From an uncultured archaeon (GTDB lineage Archaea; Nanobdellota; Nanobdellia; Pacearchaeales; GW2011-AR1), in contig CAIPOI010000006.1 in the NCBI GenBank assembly GCA_903866625.1, positions 43,624-107,623 of the forward strand: a stretch of DNA of 64,000 nt, in the 5' to 3' direction. The position numbers and the translations under genes were made by a program. The notes beneath the pieces are model-generated. The model was given only the letters and a program-made list of their open reading frames with translations. It was not told the origin of the DNA and did no database searches. Below, piece after piece: positions 1 through 9,599 of this stretch (position 1 is its first letter; the number at the start of each line of letters is the position of its first letter).

Positions 1-158
1 AGTTGTTTATTAGCTATTTCAATTGATTTTTCAACAGTAGTTTTAGAATAGCCTTGGCTCAATAAAGAAAATCTTAGAGCATCCATAGTGTACCCCTTAG
101 AAATATTCTTTTTTACATAATCTGCAAGTTTTTGATTTGTATTCTCTTGTGTTGGCAT
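1..158 (-). CDS. Hypothetical protein, 5' part (runs off the window start)
   Basis: ATG at 158 on the minus strand opens MPTQENTNQKLADYVKKNISKGYTMDALRFSLLSQGYSKTTVEKSIEIANKQ with no stop before base 1; TATA-like TTTTTAAA upstream. Confidence 0.7.
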   Translation of the reverse strand, partial: MPTQENTNQKLADYVKKNISKGYTMDALRFSLLSQGYSKTTVEKSIEIANKQ

Positions 159-235
159 GCTTATTTATAATAATTAGAGTTTAAAAAGTTTATCTTAAAA
201 TAGTTGAAAATTTAAGTGACAAAAATATCTCAAAT

Positions 236-727
236 TTATTCTAAAATTAACTCTTTACTCCCTGAACTTCCTTCTCGAGTTGTTCTATAAAATTTGGGAT
301 CATTCAGATAGTTATACCCTCTAAGACAAGGATAGAAATCTTCAGATTTTTCAGGTTTAGCAAAGTCAACTAAACCTTCTTTAACAAACCTTTTTAGATA
401 ATCTCCATAAATCTTTCTGGCTTCTAAAGAAAGAGGACTTAAAAATTGGTTTGCATGACTATTTCGAGGTATTTTTTCGTGACTTCCTACGGACTCCTGA
501 TAAGCTCGTTCTAATTCTTGCATTGCAGAAGAAGATTCTTGCAACAAAATTTGATAGATACAATGAATAACGTCTCCATAAAGAACTAAATTTGATTGAA
601 AATCTGCATGCTCACAAAAAAAAGAGTATATCTCCCTGTCTTTTTTCTTTGTTAATCCTGTTCTCTGACTCACCTTCAAGTCAATAGCCTTTTTAACTAG
701 CTCCTGGGTTTTCTTGGCTTTTCCCAT
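236..727 (-). CDS. Hypothetical protein
   Basis: 163-aa ORF with ATG start; no family recognised. Confidence 0.6.
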   Translation of the reverse strand: MGKAKKTQELVKKAIDLKVSQRTGLTKKKDREIYSFFCEHADFQSNLVLYGDVIHCIYQILLQESSSAMQELERAYQESVGSHEKIPRNSHANQFLSPLSLEARKIYGDYLKRFVKEGLVDFAKPEKSEDFYPCLRGYNYLNDPKFYRTTREGSSGSKELILE

Positions 728-807
728 TAATAATGGAGTAATTTAGAGTATATAATCATTTATTTAATAAAAAATATATTTAAAAAGTCCATTAGTTTAG
801 ATTAAAA

Positions 808-2514
808 ATGGTAGAGGTGTTAGTTGCAATTAGTTTTATTATAGGTATATCTGCTTTGTTAACAATTCTCGCGAGAGTCATAAAACAGCCCCCGATAATT
901 GCTTATTTAATTGCAGGAGTTGTTGTTGGTCCACTTTTTTTAAATCTCATTAATGGTTCAAGTGATACTAGTTTAATACAAACTCTATCTCGAATCGGCG
1001 TTGCTTTTTTATTATTTATAGTGGGATTAAGTTTGGATTTTAGAGTTTTAAAAGAAATAGGAAAAACTTCTATTTTTGTAGGTATAATTCAGATAGTTCT
1101 GGTAGGAACTTTTGGTTATTTCTTGGCTAATTGGATGGGATTTGGAATAACTGGATCAGTTTATCTTGCAGTGGGATTAGCTTTTTCTTCCACAGTAGTA
1201 GTTGTAAAAATTCTTTCAGATAAAAAAGAATTAGAAACCCTTCATGGAAGAATAGCTTTGGGTATACTTATTGTTCAAGATGTTGTAGCCGCTATTGCTT
1301 TGATGATTCTTCCGATGACACAAAATCTTTCAGAAAGTTCAAAACTATTATTCTTTAGAGAATTAGGAATCGCTATCGCTGTAATCTTCATGGTCTTCCT
1401 CTTATCTGCTTTTATATTTAATAAATTACTTGACTACCTTGCTAAAAGTCAAGAAGCCCTGTTTTTATTTGGGATTGCTTGGGCTTTAACTCTTGCAACA
1501 CTATTTAGCAAACTTGGGTTTTCTATGGAGATTGGAGCATTAATAGCGGGTATGTCTCTAGCTTCTGGAGGTTATTCTTTTGAATTAAGTGGGAAAATGA
1601 AACCCCTAAGAGATTTTTTTGTAGTATTATTCTTTGTATTTTTCGGAAGCCAACTAAGTTCCGTAAACTCCGAGTTAATAGTTCAAGCAGTTATCATTAG
1701 TGCTTTTGTTATAATTGTTAAACCACTTTTAACAATGATTGCGTTAAGAGTGTTTGGATATACAAAAAAGATAAATTTCTTAACTTCTATAAGTCTTGCT
1801 CAAATTAGTGAATTTTCTTTAATCATAGTTTTACTTGGATTTAATCTGGGGCAACTAACTCAAGAGGTGATGAATCTTTCAATTTTGGTTGCGTTAATAA
1901 CAATTGCTATAAGTACCTATTTGATTAACTATTCAGATAATCTGACTAAATATATCTTAAAATTTAAATTTATGAATATTTTTGATGGCGGAATAAAATG
2001 TGACGATAAACACTTAGACAAAAATTACGATATAATGCTTTTTGGATATCATCGAGTAGGTTATAAGTTGCTTCAAAGATTAAAAAAAATGCATGAAAAC
2101 TTTGTGGTAGTAGACTATAATCCTAATGTAGTAAAATCATTGAACAAGCAAGGAATTGATGCAATTTACGGAGATGCAGGTAATAAAAACTTTTTAGATG
2201 ATCTGCCATTAAGCCGAACTAAAATGGTCATCTCTACTATACCTGAAGAATCTTCAAATCTTTTAATAATCCAGACTTTAAAAGAACTTAAATCTGATGC
2301 CGTTCTTATTATGACTGCTGAACAACCCCGACAAGCATTAGATTTATACAAGATTGGTGCTGATTATGTTATTATACCACATCATCTTGGCGGATGGTAT
2401 GCTTCAGAAATTATAGAGAAATATAAAAAGGACAAAAAGAAATATATAGAAATAGGAAAAAATCATTTACATGAGCTAAACAAAGCAAAAAATAGTTCAA
2501 ATTTTAAAGAATAG
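808..2514 (+). CDS. CPA2-family cation:proton antiporter (Kef-type) with C-terminal TrkA-N/KTN domain
   Basis: Many TM helices, SSTVVVVK and GILIVQD motifs, QISEFS motif, C-terminal GYHRVG...YGDA Rossmann-like domain. Confidence 0.9.
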   Translation: MVEVLVAISFIIGISALLTILARVIKQPPIIAYLIAGVVVGPLFLNLINGSSDTSLIQTLSRIGVAFLLFIVGLSLDFRVLKEIGKTSIFVGIIQIVLVGTFGYFLANWMGFGITGSVYLAVGLAFSSTVVVVKILSDKKELETLHGRIALGILIVQDVVAAIALMILPMTQNLSESSKLLFFRELGIAIAVIFMVFLLSAFIFNKLLDYLAKSQEALFLFGIAWALTLATLFSKLGFSMEIGALIAGMSLASGGYSFELSGKMKPLRDFFVVLFFVFFGSQLSSVNSELIVQAVIISAFVIIVKPLLTMIALRVFGYTKKINFLTSISLAQISEFSLIIVLLGFNLGQLTQEVMNLSILVALITIAISTYLINYSDNLTKYILKFKFMNIFDGGIKCDDKHLDKNYDIMLFGYHRVGYKLLQRLKKMHENFVVVDYNPNVVKSLNKQGIDAIYGDAGNKNFLDDLPLSRTKMVISTIPEESSNLLIIQTLKELKSDAVLIMTAEQPRQALDLYKIGADYVIIPHHLGGWYASEIIEKYKKDKKKYIEIGKNHLHELNKAKNSSNFKE

Positions 2515-2529
2515 TTGAAGTTTAAAGAT

Positions 2530-4008
2530 TTAAATAAGGGGGTTAAACTTTTCATATAACTCTAAAGCATTCTCGAGACGAGTCTTAGAATCCGAATAAA
2601 TTGTTAGAATCTTATCTCCTTTCTTTACTTTATCACCGATACGATAATAAAGATATAATCCAGATCCTTTATCCATTGGGCTTCCTGCAACACTTGCTAA
2701 AAGATTAATTTTTTTATTGTCAATTTGAGAAATCTTAAAGTTTTTTTCTGCTAAAATATTTTTTTTATGACTGCCTAACTTTTTATCAATTTCAGCTATA
2801 GTTGGAACGCTACCCTTCTGAGCTTCAATAATCTCATAAAACTTTTTAGAGGCTTTTCCAGATTTTAATATTTCGCGAGCAAGTTCTAGTCCTTTCTCTT
2901 TCTTTGTTTTTCCACATAATTCTATTATTTGTCCTGCTAAGAAGAGTGCTTTTTCTTCTAAATCTTTTGGGGAATCTTTTTCCTGTTTTAAAACCTTTAT
3001 TACATCTCTTATTTCTAATAAGGGTCCTATTCCATTTCCTATAGGTTGTTCTCCGTTGGTTAAAACACACCTAAGATTCAAACCAAAACGTTTTCCAAAA
3101 TATTCAAACTTCTTTTTTAGTTCTTGAGCTTTTTCCTTACTTACTTTTGCACTTGTACCGAAGGGGATATCTATTAAAACATGTTTACTACCAACGGCAA
3201 TCTTCTTAGATAAAACGCTCGCAAGCAGCTGAGCTTCAGGGTCTAATGCAAGAATTCTTTCGGTTTGAATAAGTTTATCATCTGCAGGACTCAAACCCAA
3301 TATACCGTTCCAAGCCATACAGGCTCCTGTTTTTTTTACTATGGCTTTTAATTCTTCAGTATTAAACTCTACTTTAGATATAGACTCAATTACATCAGCA
3401 GTTCCAGCCGCACTAGTTATTGCCCTAGAAGAAGTCTTGGGCATAGTTAATCCTGCAGCAGCACATATAGAAACTACAATAGGGGTTGTTCTATTTGCAG
3501 CAATACCTCCGATAGAATGCTTATCTACTACAATTCCGTCAAAACTCAATCGTTTACCAACACTCACCATCGCAGAAATAAGGTTTTCAGTTTCAGTATT
3601 AGACATTTTATTCTTATATACTGCTGCAACAAAATAAGCAGTTTCTGCTTCAGTTAGAGCATTATCCACAATATCTTTTATTATTGAATAAATCTCTTCT
3701 TTAGTTAAAACTCCCCCATCCATCTTTTTCTTTATGTAAAAAGTGCTTTGGGGTTTTGTAGCAAGGCTTACCTCTACCTCGTCATCCTCTTTGATATTAA
3801 GTGCTTCTATAATCTCCTGAGAAACTGCAATCTCTTCCTTGCCAATTAAATCCTTAGAAACATCTACAATTGAAACCAAACTATCCGCATATTTGGAAAG
3901 AGTTATTCTCTCGCCAACATGAACATTTATATGATTTGCAGTAGAGTTATTTAAAACTGCAATTGGCCTTCCTGCTAAGAATTTTAATATTTTTACTTTT
4001 AATTTCAT
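2530..4008 (-). CDS. AMP phosphorylase (thymidine/pyrimidine-nucleoside phosphorylase family)
   Basis: DKHSIGG, PKTSSRAITSAAGTAD, LSPADD and QPIGNGIGP motifs plus the N-terminal extra domain of archaeal AMP phosphorylases. Confidence 0.9.
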   Translation of the reverse strand: MKLKVKILKFLAGRPIAVLNNSTANHINVHVGERITLSKYADSLVSIVDVSKDLIGKEEIAVSQEIIEALNIKEDDEVEVSLATKPQSTFYIKKKMDGGVLTKEEIYSIIKDIVDNALTEAETAYFVAAVYKNKMSNTETENLISAMVSVGKRLSFDGIVVDKHSIGGIAANRTTPIVVSICAAAGLTMPKTSSRAITSAAGTADVIESISKVEFNTEELKAIVKKTGACMAWNGILGLSPADDKLIQTERILALDPEAQLLASVLSKKIAVGSKHVLIDIPFGTSAKVSKEKAQELKKKFEYFGKRFGLNLRCVLTNGEQPIGNGIGPLLEIRDVIKVLKQEKDSPKDLEEKALFLAGQIIELCGKTKKEKGLELAREILKSGKASKKFYEIIEAQKGSVPTIAEIDKKLGSHKKNILAEKNFKISQIDNKKINLLASVAGSPMDKGSGLYLYYRIGDKVKKGDKILTIYSDSKTRLENALELYEKFNPLI

Positions 4009-4044
4009 CCTCTTTTTGTGATTATTTTTATTTTATTTTTAAGA

Positions 4045-5088
4045 CTAAGGTATTGGAACCTCTTTCTTGAAAACTATGCTTTCTTCTTTCTTATCTTTAT
4101 AGATTTCAACAAGAAGAATTAGGTAAGCAAGTATTAGCGGACCAAGTATAAATCCTATGGCTCCAAACGCTATTGTTCCTCCGATAAGACCGATTAAAAC
4201 TATGGCTGAATTCATCTCTGCTCGGCTGGACACTACAAAAGGTCTTAGAATAGTATCAATCCAGTTTATAACAAATAATCCGAATATCAATAATCCTATA
4301 GCTGGCTCTTTCATTCCATTAGCGAACAAGAAAATATCAGTTGGAATCCAAATAAGCCATGGACCTACAACTGGAATTACGGATATAAAGATTGTCAAAA
4401 AAGTAAGCAATAGAGCATTAGGAACCCCCAACAAGAAATAACCTACTCCTGAAATAATACCTGCAATAATACCGACGATAAAATGACCAAAAAGAACTGA
4501 GTTAGTTACTTTTTCAAATTTATCAAAGAACTTTTGTTCATGTTCTCTTGAAAAGGGGAAAACAACTGAAAAATAGCTTTTGAAATGATCGCTTTCGATT
4601 AAAGCAAAGAAATAAGTAAAGATGAATATCAATAATCCAAAAAGCATGCTTGGAACATTCATAATAGTAGATTTAAAGGTGTTAACAATTGCGTCAGAAA
4701 CAGCGGCTTTTAATGTGCTTGAAGCAGCGATTAATTCTGTAGAAATTTGAGGAGAACTTAATATGCTAGGAAATACAGCTTTTAAAATATTGTACATATC
4801 AAAATTCTTTATTGAAAGATAGATGTCAAAAATCTGCTTTGTAAGGGTCGGTAGAATAAATAAAAGCGGCACAACAAAAACTAACACTGTAAGTGCTACG
4901 ACAATGGTTGCAGAAAGATATTTGGAGTTTAGTTTAGTATTAAGATATTTGTAAAAAGAATTGAAAACATAGGCTAAACAAAGACCTACAACTATTGGCA
5001 AAAGTAATGGTTTTATTGTCAAAAATGAGAGAAATGCTAATACAAAAATAGTTGCAGGAACCATAAAACGTTTAAAATTTTCTTCCAT
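4045..5088 (-). CDS. AI-2E (PerM/UPF0118) family transporter
   Basis: Hydrophobic protein with IPVVGP, DTILRP and GLIGG..FGAIGFILGP motifs; ATG start chosen at 5088. Confidence 0.85.
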   Translation of the reverse strand: MEENFKRFMVPATIFVLAFLSFLTIKPLLLPIVVGLCLAYVFNSFYKYLNTKLNSKYLSATIVVALTVLVFVVPLLFILPTLTKQIFDIYLSIKNFDMYNILKAVFPSILSSPQISTELIAASSTLKAAVSDAIVNTFKSTIMNVPSMLFGLLIFIFTYFFALIESDHFKSYFSVVFPFSREHEQKFFDKFEKVTNSVLFGHFIVGIIAGIISGVGYFLLGVPNALLLTFLTIFISVIPVVGPWLIWIPTDIFLFANGMKEPAIGLLIFGLFVINWIDTILRPFVVSSRAEMNSAIVLIGLIGGTIAFGAIGFILGPLILAYLILLVEIYKDKKEESIVFKKEVPIP

Positions 5089-5204
5089 AAAAAAACATAG
5101 CAAATATTGTTTATAAATCTTGTTAATCTTCGAGAGAGAATGAGGTTTTGAGAAGTTTTGGGTGATTTCAAAATATTTATAAACTAAAGAACAAGAATTT
5201 ATTT

Positions 5205-5936
5205 ATGGAAAGTTTCATAAAAAAGATTTTTTCTGCTGGTGGAAAGCAAATCAATGAAGAAAATATACATTTTCAATTTATGAAGTTTTCTCGTGGAGAA
5301 TTTAAAGATAAAGCCATGCTTCGAATGAAAAATAGTGCTGGAAAATATACTCTTGATACAACTGCGGAATATGCTTATGATTTAATTAAAATGATGGCTG
5401 AAAAGCTTGGAAATAATAAAACTCTCGTAAGCGGCGCGGTTGTTTCAGCTTTAGACCTTACAGGATTTAAATATGAAGAGAAAAAAATGGCTATGGGCGT
5501 TAGAAAATATATGATTAATCGAGAGATGAGTGGTCAAGAAGTTTTAGATTTGATGAAAAGTGCTCCAAAAGCCTTCTTTGGATTGAGTTTTAATGTTGGA
5601 GAGAATGAACTAAAGGTCCAGCCAAAATCTCCTAAATCTGCTAAAGGCGCTAGTTCAAGTAAAAAAGAGGATGCTGATGCAAAGATAGATTTTTGCAAGC
5701 TGAAAACTTCTGATAAAACTCTTGTGGAGCCTTTTTTATTTGACGATGAACTTTCTGCAAAAAAAATAGAGATTAAACATGACTTCTTGATAAGCGAGAT
5801 AGTTATCTCTCCTGAACTAAAGAAAGAAAAGGACTTTGCAAAGATAAGAGAAATGGCATTGAGAAAAGGTAAGATAATAAGAAAATTAGATGTTGAAGAT
5901 GTTAAGAGCCAGAAGAGTGTTGAGTTTTTAGCATAA
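5205..5936 (+). CDS. Hypothetical protein
   Basis: 243-aa ORF, TTTATAAA box ~22 nt upstream; no family recognised. Confidence 0.75.
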   Translation: MESFIKKIFSAGGKQINEENIHFQFMKFSRGEFKDKAMLRMKNSAGKYTLDTTAEYAYDLIKMMAEKLGNNKTLVSGAVVSALDLTGFKYEEKKMAMGVRKYMINREMSGQEVLDLMKSAPKAFFGLSFNVGENELKVQPKSPKSAKGASSSKKEDADAKIDFCKLKTSDKTLVEPFLFDDELSAKKIEIKHDFLISEIVISPELKKEKDFAKIREMALRKGKIIRKLDVEDVKSQKSVEFLA

Positions 5937-5978
5937 AAACCTTTAAAAACCCTAATTTCTCATAAGAATTATATAAAA

Positions 5979-6104
5979 GCCAGTTAATAACCATAAAGGC
6001 TAATTGGCGACCACAAGAGTTTCTGAAAACGCTCCAGAAAAGGAGAGGCTCAGAAATCCGCAGCTGAACGCTACGAAGGGATTTCTTCGTCGGAGTTAAA
6101 GTTG
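5979..6104 (+). ncRNA. Putative structured RNA (r-protein leader or independent ncRNA) upstream of rpl3
   Basis: GC-richer island with three consecutive stem-loops (5979-6008, 6019-6057, 6061-6104) containing G-U pairs; TATA-like CTTTAAAAA at 5941-5949. Confidence 0.5.
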
Positions 6105-6157
6105 AAAGAGAATAAAAATAATACTTAAAAAGTATAATCAAAACTATAAAATAAAAC

Positions 6158-7147
6158 ATGGGTAGAAAAAACGGACCAAGACATGGAAGTATGCAAGTAT
6201 GGCCTAGAAAAAGGTCATATGATTTCTTGCCTAGAGTAAACTGGGCTCCAATAGTTGAGATTTCTACTAAATTTTCTAATTCTGCTCAAAAAACAAATAT
6301 TCTTGGTTTTATCGGCTACAAAGTCGGTATGGCTTCTGCTTATCTAAAAGATAATACTGCTGATTCTTTAATGAAAAATAAAAGAGTGATTATTCCTGTT
6401 ACAATTGTTGAATGTCCAACAATAAAAATATTTTCTGTTCGATTCTATAAAAATAATAAAGTTGCAACTGAGGTTCTTAACGATAATTTACCTAAAGAGC
6501 TTAAAAAAGTTGTAAAGATTTCTGCTAAAAAAATTAATGTGAAAGAAGCTATTGAAAAGAAAAAAGATGATGAATTCGACGATGTTAGAATTATAGTTTA
6601 TTCTGAAGTAAAAAAAGTTGGTTTAAAAAAGACACCCGATTTAGCTGAATTAGCAATTTCTGGAACAAAGCAAGAAAAATTAGAATTCGTAAAAGCTAAT
6701 CTTGCAAAAGAATTTTCGATTACTGATGCATTCCAAAAAGGAATTGTAGATATTCATGGTTTAACAAAAGGTAAAGGATTTCAAGGTCCAGTAAAAAGAT
6801 TTGGAATAGACCTTAGAAGCCATAAAGCAGAAAAAGGACAGAGAAGACCGGGTAGTATTGGTCCATGGCATCCCACAGGAGTTCCATTCACAGTTGCAAG
6901 AGCTGGAGGATTAGGAGGATTCAAAAGAATTACCTATAATCACCCAATAATTAGTGTTAAGAAATTTAGTGAGGCAGATAGTGTAGTAAAAAGAGTTTTT
7001 GATAATTATGGATTAGTAAAAACTGACTATATTATACTTGCAGGAAGCATTCAAGGTCCTCAAAAAAGACAGATGCTTCTAACTGCTCCACTTAGACCTA
7101 CAAAAAAACAATTAAAAAAACAATATGAACTTATTGAATTAAGATAA
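6158..7147 (+). CDS. rpl3: 50S ribosomal protein uL3
   Basis: PRHGS..WPRKR, GYKVGM, TKGKGFQGPVKRFG and GSIGPWHP motifs. Confidence 0.97.
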   Translation: MGRKNGPRHGSMQVWPRKRSYDFLPRVNWAPIVEISTKFSNSAQKTNILGFIGYKVGMASAYLKDNTADSLMKNKRVIIPVTIVECPTIKIFSVRFYKNNKVATEVLNDNLPKELKKVVKISAKKINVKEAIEKKKDDEFDDVRIIVYSEVKKVGLKKTPDLAELAISGTKQEKLEFVKANLAKEFSITDAFQKGIVDIHGLTKGKGFQGPVKRFGIDLRSHKAEKGQRRPGSIGPWHPTGVPFTVARAGGLGGFKRITYNHPIISVKKFSEADSVVKRVFDNYGLVKTDYIILAGSIQGPQKRQMLLTAPLRPTKKQLKKQYELIELR

Positions 7148-7151
7148 ACAA

Positions 7152-8009
7152 ATGGCAAAACTACAAATCCTTGACGTTAACGGAAAAAAATCAAAAGAAA
7201 TAACTTCAAATTTATTTGATTCAGAAATAAGAGCGGATTTAGTTCAAAAAGTAGCTGAAACTGAAAAAGAAAAACAACCATATGCACCTTTCTTATGGGC
7301 TGGTATGGAAACTTCTGCTTCCGGAAATGTAAAGCATAACAGACATGTATGGAAATCTGATAGAGGGAAAGGATTATCAAGATATCCTAAGAAAAGAATG
7401 TCCGACAAGGGAGAAAGATTTGTTTGGGTAGCAGCAGTTATTCCCGGAGTAAGAAAAGGTAGAAGAGCTCATCCTCCAAAAATATTAAGAGCAGATTTAA
7501 AAATCAATAAGAAAGAAAAAATATTAGCATTATTATCCTGCTTGGCTATGACATCTTCAAAAGAAGAAATAATAAAAAAATATTCAAGCTTAGCTAATAA
7601 AGAATTAAAATTATCCTTGCCAATTATATTTGATTCAAAAGTAATAAATGCAAAAACAAAAGATTTGTTTACTTCACTTAAAACTACTCTCGGTGAAGAT
7701 TTATGGAATATTGCTATACAAGAAAAAGAAATAAGAGCTGGAAAAGGTAAGAAAAGAAATAGAAGATATAAGAGCAATGCAGGAATGTTGTTAGTAATCG
7801 GAAATAAAGAAGAAAGAAAAATAACTGGAATAGATGTTGTTAAAGCTAATGAATTAAAAGTATTAGACATATTTTCTAATGGAGCAAGATTAACTGCTTT
7901 CACTGAAGAAGCTGTAAAAGATTTAGAAAATAAGATTAACGGCACTGGAAAGAAAGTGGAAAAGAAAGAAGAAGTAAATTCTAAAAAATCTAAGGAGATT
8001 AAAAAATGA
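7152..8009 (+). CDS. rpl4: 50S ribosomal protein uL4
   Basis: GRRAHPPK, KINKKEK and RAGKGK motifs; position after L3. Confidence 0.95.
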   Translation: MAKLQILDVNGKKSKEITSNLFDSEIRADLVQKVAETEKEKQPYAPFLWAGMETSASGNVKHNRHVWKSDRGKGLSRYPKKRMSDKGERFVWVAAVIPGVRKGRRAHPPKILRADLKINKKEKILALLSCLAMTSSKEEIIKKYSSLANKELKLSLPIIFDSKVINAKTKDLFTSLKTTLGEDLWNIAIQEKEIRAGKGKKRNRRYKSNAGMLLVIGNKEERKITGIDVVKANELKVLDIFSNGARLTAFTEEAVKDLENKINGTGKKVEKKEEVNSKKSKEIKK

Positions 8010-8248
8010 TCCACTCATTTAAAACAACAGAAAAAACAGTAAGACTAATAGAAACAGATAATACTTTAGTAATGCAAGTAGCAATTAAAGCTAAAAAAGA
8101 TCAAATAAAAAAAGAAGTTGAAGAAAATTTTAAAGTTAAAGTTGAAAAGATAAATACTTTAATTAAAGATAATAAAAAGTTCGCTTACGTTAAATTAAAT
8201 GAAAAGAATCCTGCAATTGACATTGCAACTAAATTTGGATTAATCTAA
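8006..8248 (+). CDS. rpl23: 50S ribosomal protein uL23
   Basis: TEK..NTL, VKVEKINTL, KKFAYVKL, AIDIATKFGLI; synteny. Confidence 0.95.
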   Translation: MIHSFKTTEKTVRLIETDNTLVMQVAIKAKKDQIKKEVEENFKVKVEKINTLIKDNKKFAYVKLNEKNPAIDIATKFGLI

Positions 8249-8252
8249 TAAA

Positions 8253-8954
8253 ATGGGTAAGACAATAATTCAACAAGCAAGAGGACATGGAAGTAAGACT
8301 TATCAAGTAAGACCAAATGCGTATAGATACAGAATACAATATCCAAAATTAAATGTTATTGGAAAAGCAAAAATTGTGAAGCTAATTAATTCAGCAGCTC
8401 ATTCATGCCCGCTTGCAAAAATTGTTATTGGAAAGGAAATATTCTATGTTCCTGCTGCAAATGGAGTATATGAAGGACAAGAAATTGAAATTGGAAGTGA
8501 TAAAGTTATAACTGGAAATATTGTTGCACTAAAACATATTCCTTTTGACGCTCATGTATTTGATATTGAAATAAGACCAGGAGATGGTGGAAAAATGGTA
8601 AGAACAAGTGGAAATTCTGCTTCAGTAATTAGAAAAGATGAAAAAACTGCAACAGTTTTAATGTCAAGCAAAAAAGAAGTAAAGCTTGATGCAAATTGTA
8701 GAGCAACAGTAGGAATAGTTGCCGGTGAAGGAAGATTATTAAAACCTGTTGTAAAAGCAGGAAAGAAACATCACATGATGAAGGCAAGAAACAAATTATG
8801 GCCTAGAACTTCAGCCATCAAATTCAATGCAGTTGACCATCCATTTGGAGGCGGTAGAGGTAAACGTATAAAAAGCAAAATAGCAAAGAATAATGCACCT
8901 GCTGGAGCTAAAGTTGGACACTTACATCCAAGAAGAACAGGAGTTAGAAAATAA
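8253..8954 (+). CDS. rpl2: 50S ribosomal protein uL2
   Basis: MGK..QQARG, PGDGGK, CRATVG and NAVDHPFGGG motifs. Confidence 0.97.
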   Translation: MGKTIIQQARGHGSKTYQVRPNAYRYRIQYPKLNVIGKAKIVKLINSAAHSCPLAKIVIGKEIFYVPAANGVYEGQEIEIGSDKVITGNIVALKHIPFDAHVFDIEIRPGDGGKMVRTSGNSASVIRKDEKTATVLMSSKKEVKLDANCRATVGIVAGEGRLLKPVVKAGKKHHMMKARNKLWPRTSAIKFNAVDHPFGGGRGKRIKSKIAKNNAPAGAKVGHLHPRRTGVRK

Positions 8955-8960
8955 TAGAAA

Positions 8961-9353
8961 ATGGCAAAAGAATTTACATACCGAGGAAAAACAATAGAAC
9001 AGCTTAAAGAATTAGATACTCGGGAGTTTGCAAAACTTACAAAATCAAGAACAAGAAGAGCAATCCTAAGACAGACTGCTGAAATAGATAGTTTTGTAGC
9101 AAAATGCCAAAAGAACAAGCAAAAAAACAAAGCTATTCGAACTCATATAAGAGAATTAGTAATAGTTCCAAAAATGGTAGATTATAATATACAGATTTAC
9201 AGTGGAAAAACATTTACTCCTGTTCAAATCATCCCTGAAATGCTTGGGCATAGATTCGGAGAATTTGTTGTTACAAGACAGAAGGTTAAACATGGAGCAG
9301 CAGGTATTGGTGCAACTAAATCAAGTCTTGCAAAAGCAAGTAAGAAAACATAA
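8961..9353 (+). CDS. rps19: 30S ribosomal protein uS19
   Basis: FTYRGKT, IRTH, PEMLGHRFGEF and VKHGAAGIGATKSS motifs. Confidence 0.96.
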   Translation: MAKEFTYRGKTIEQLKELDTREFAKLTKSRTRRAILRQTAEIDSFVAKCQKNKQKNKAIRTHIRELVIVPKMVDYNIQIYSGKTFTPVQIIPEMLGHRFGEFVVTRQKVKHGAAGIGATKSSLAKASKKT

Positions 9354-9355
9354 TC

Positions 9356-9598
9356 ATGGCAATTGAAACATTTTTTAAATTAGGATATGAGCATCTTAGA
9401 GAGTCTACACAACTTTATTGTCTAGACATAAGAAAGGCCATCAACAAAAGAGATTTTGCAAAAGCACAAGAAATAGCAGATAAAGCAGAATTTGATTTAG
9501 AATATTCAGATATGGGTGGAGTTGCAGGTGGGGCATCATTAAAAGAATTTTATGATTTAATAAAATATGAAAGAAAATTAATGGAAATGTTAAGATAA
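9356..9598 (+). CDS. Hypothetical 80-aa protein inside the ribosomal operon
   Basis: ATG ORF filling the S19-L22 gap with 2-nt and 1-nt spacing. Confidence 0.75.
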   Translation: MAIETFFKLGYEHLRESTQLYCLDIRKAINKRDFAKAQEIADKAEFDLEYSDMGGVAGGASLKEFYDLIKYERKLMEMLR

Positions 9599-9599
9599 T

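Noticed and set aside
5130-5170. G/T-skewed intergenic tract resembling 48721-48768 (GGTTTT(T)GAGAAG)
   Set aside because: Short, low-complexity similarity with no structure; not enough to call a repeat or regulatory element.
5979-6104. SRP RNA or RNase P RNA
   Set aside because: Too short, and neither the SRP helix-8 motif nor both strands of the RNase P P4 consensus were found on either strand.
5902-6159. 85-aa minus-strand ORF over the structured region
   Set aside because: Overlaps both flanking genes in antisense and has atypical composition; the region is better explained as structured RNA.
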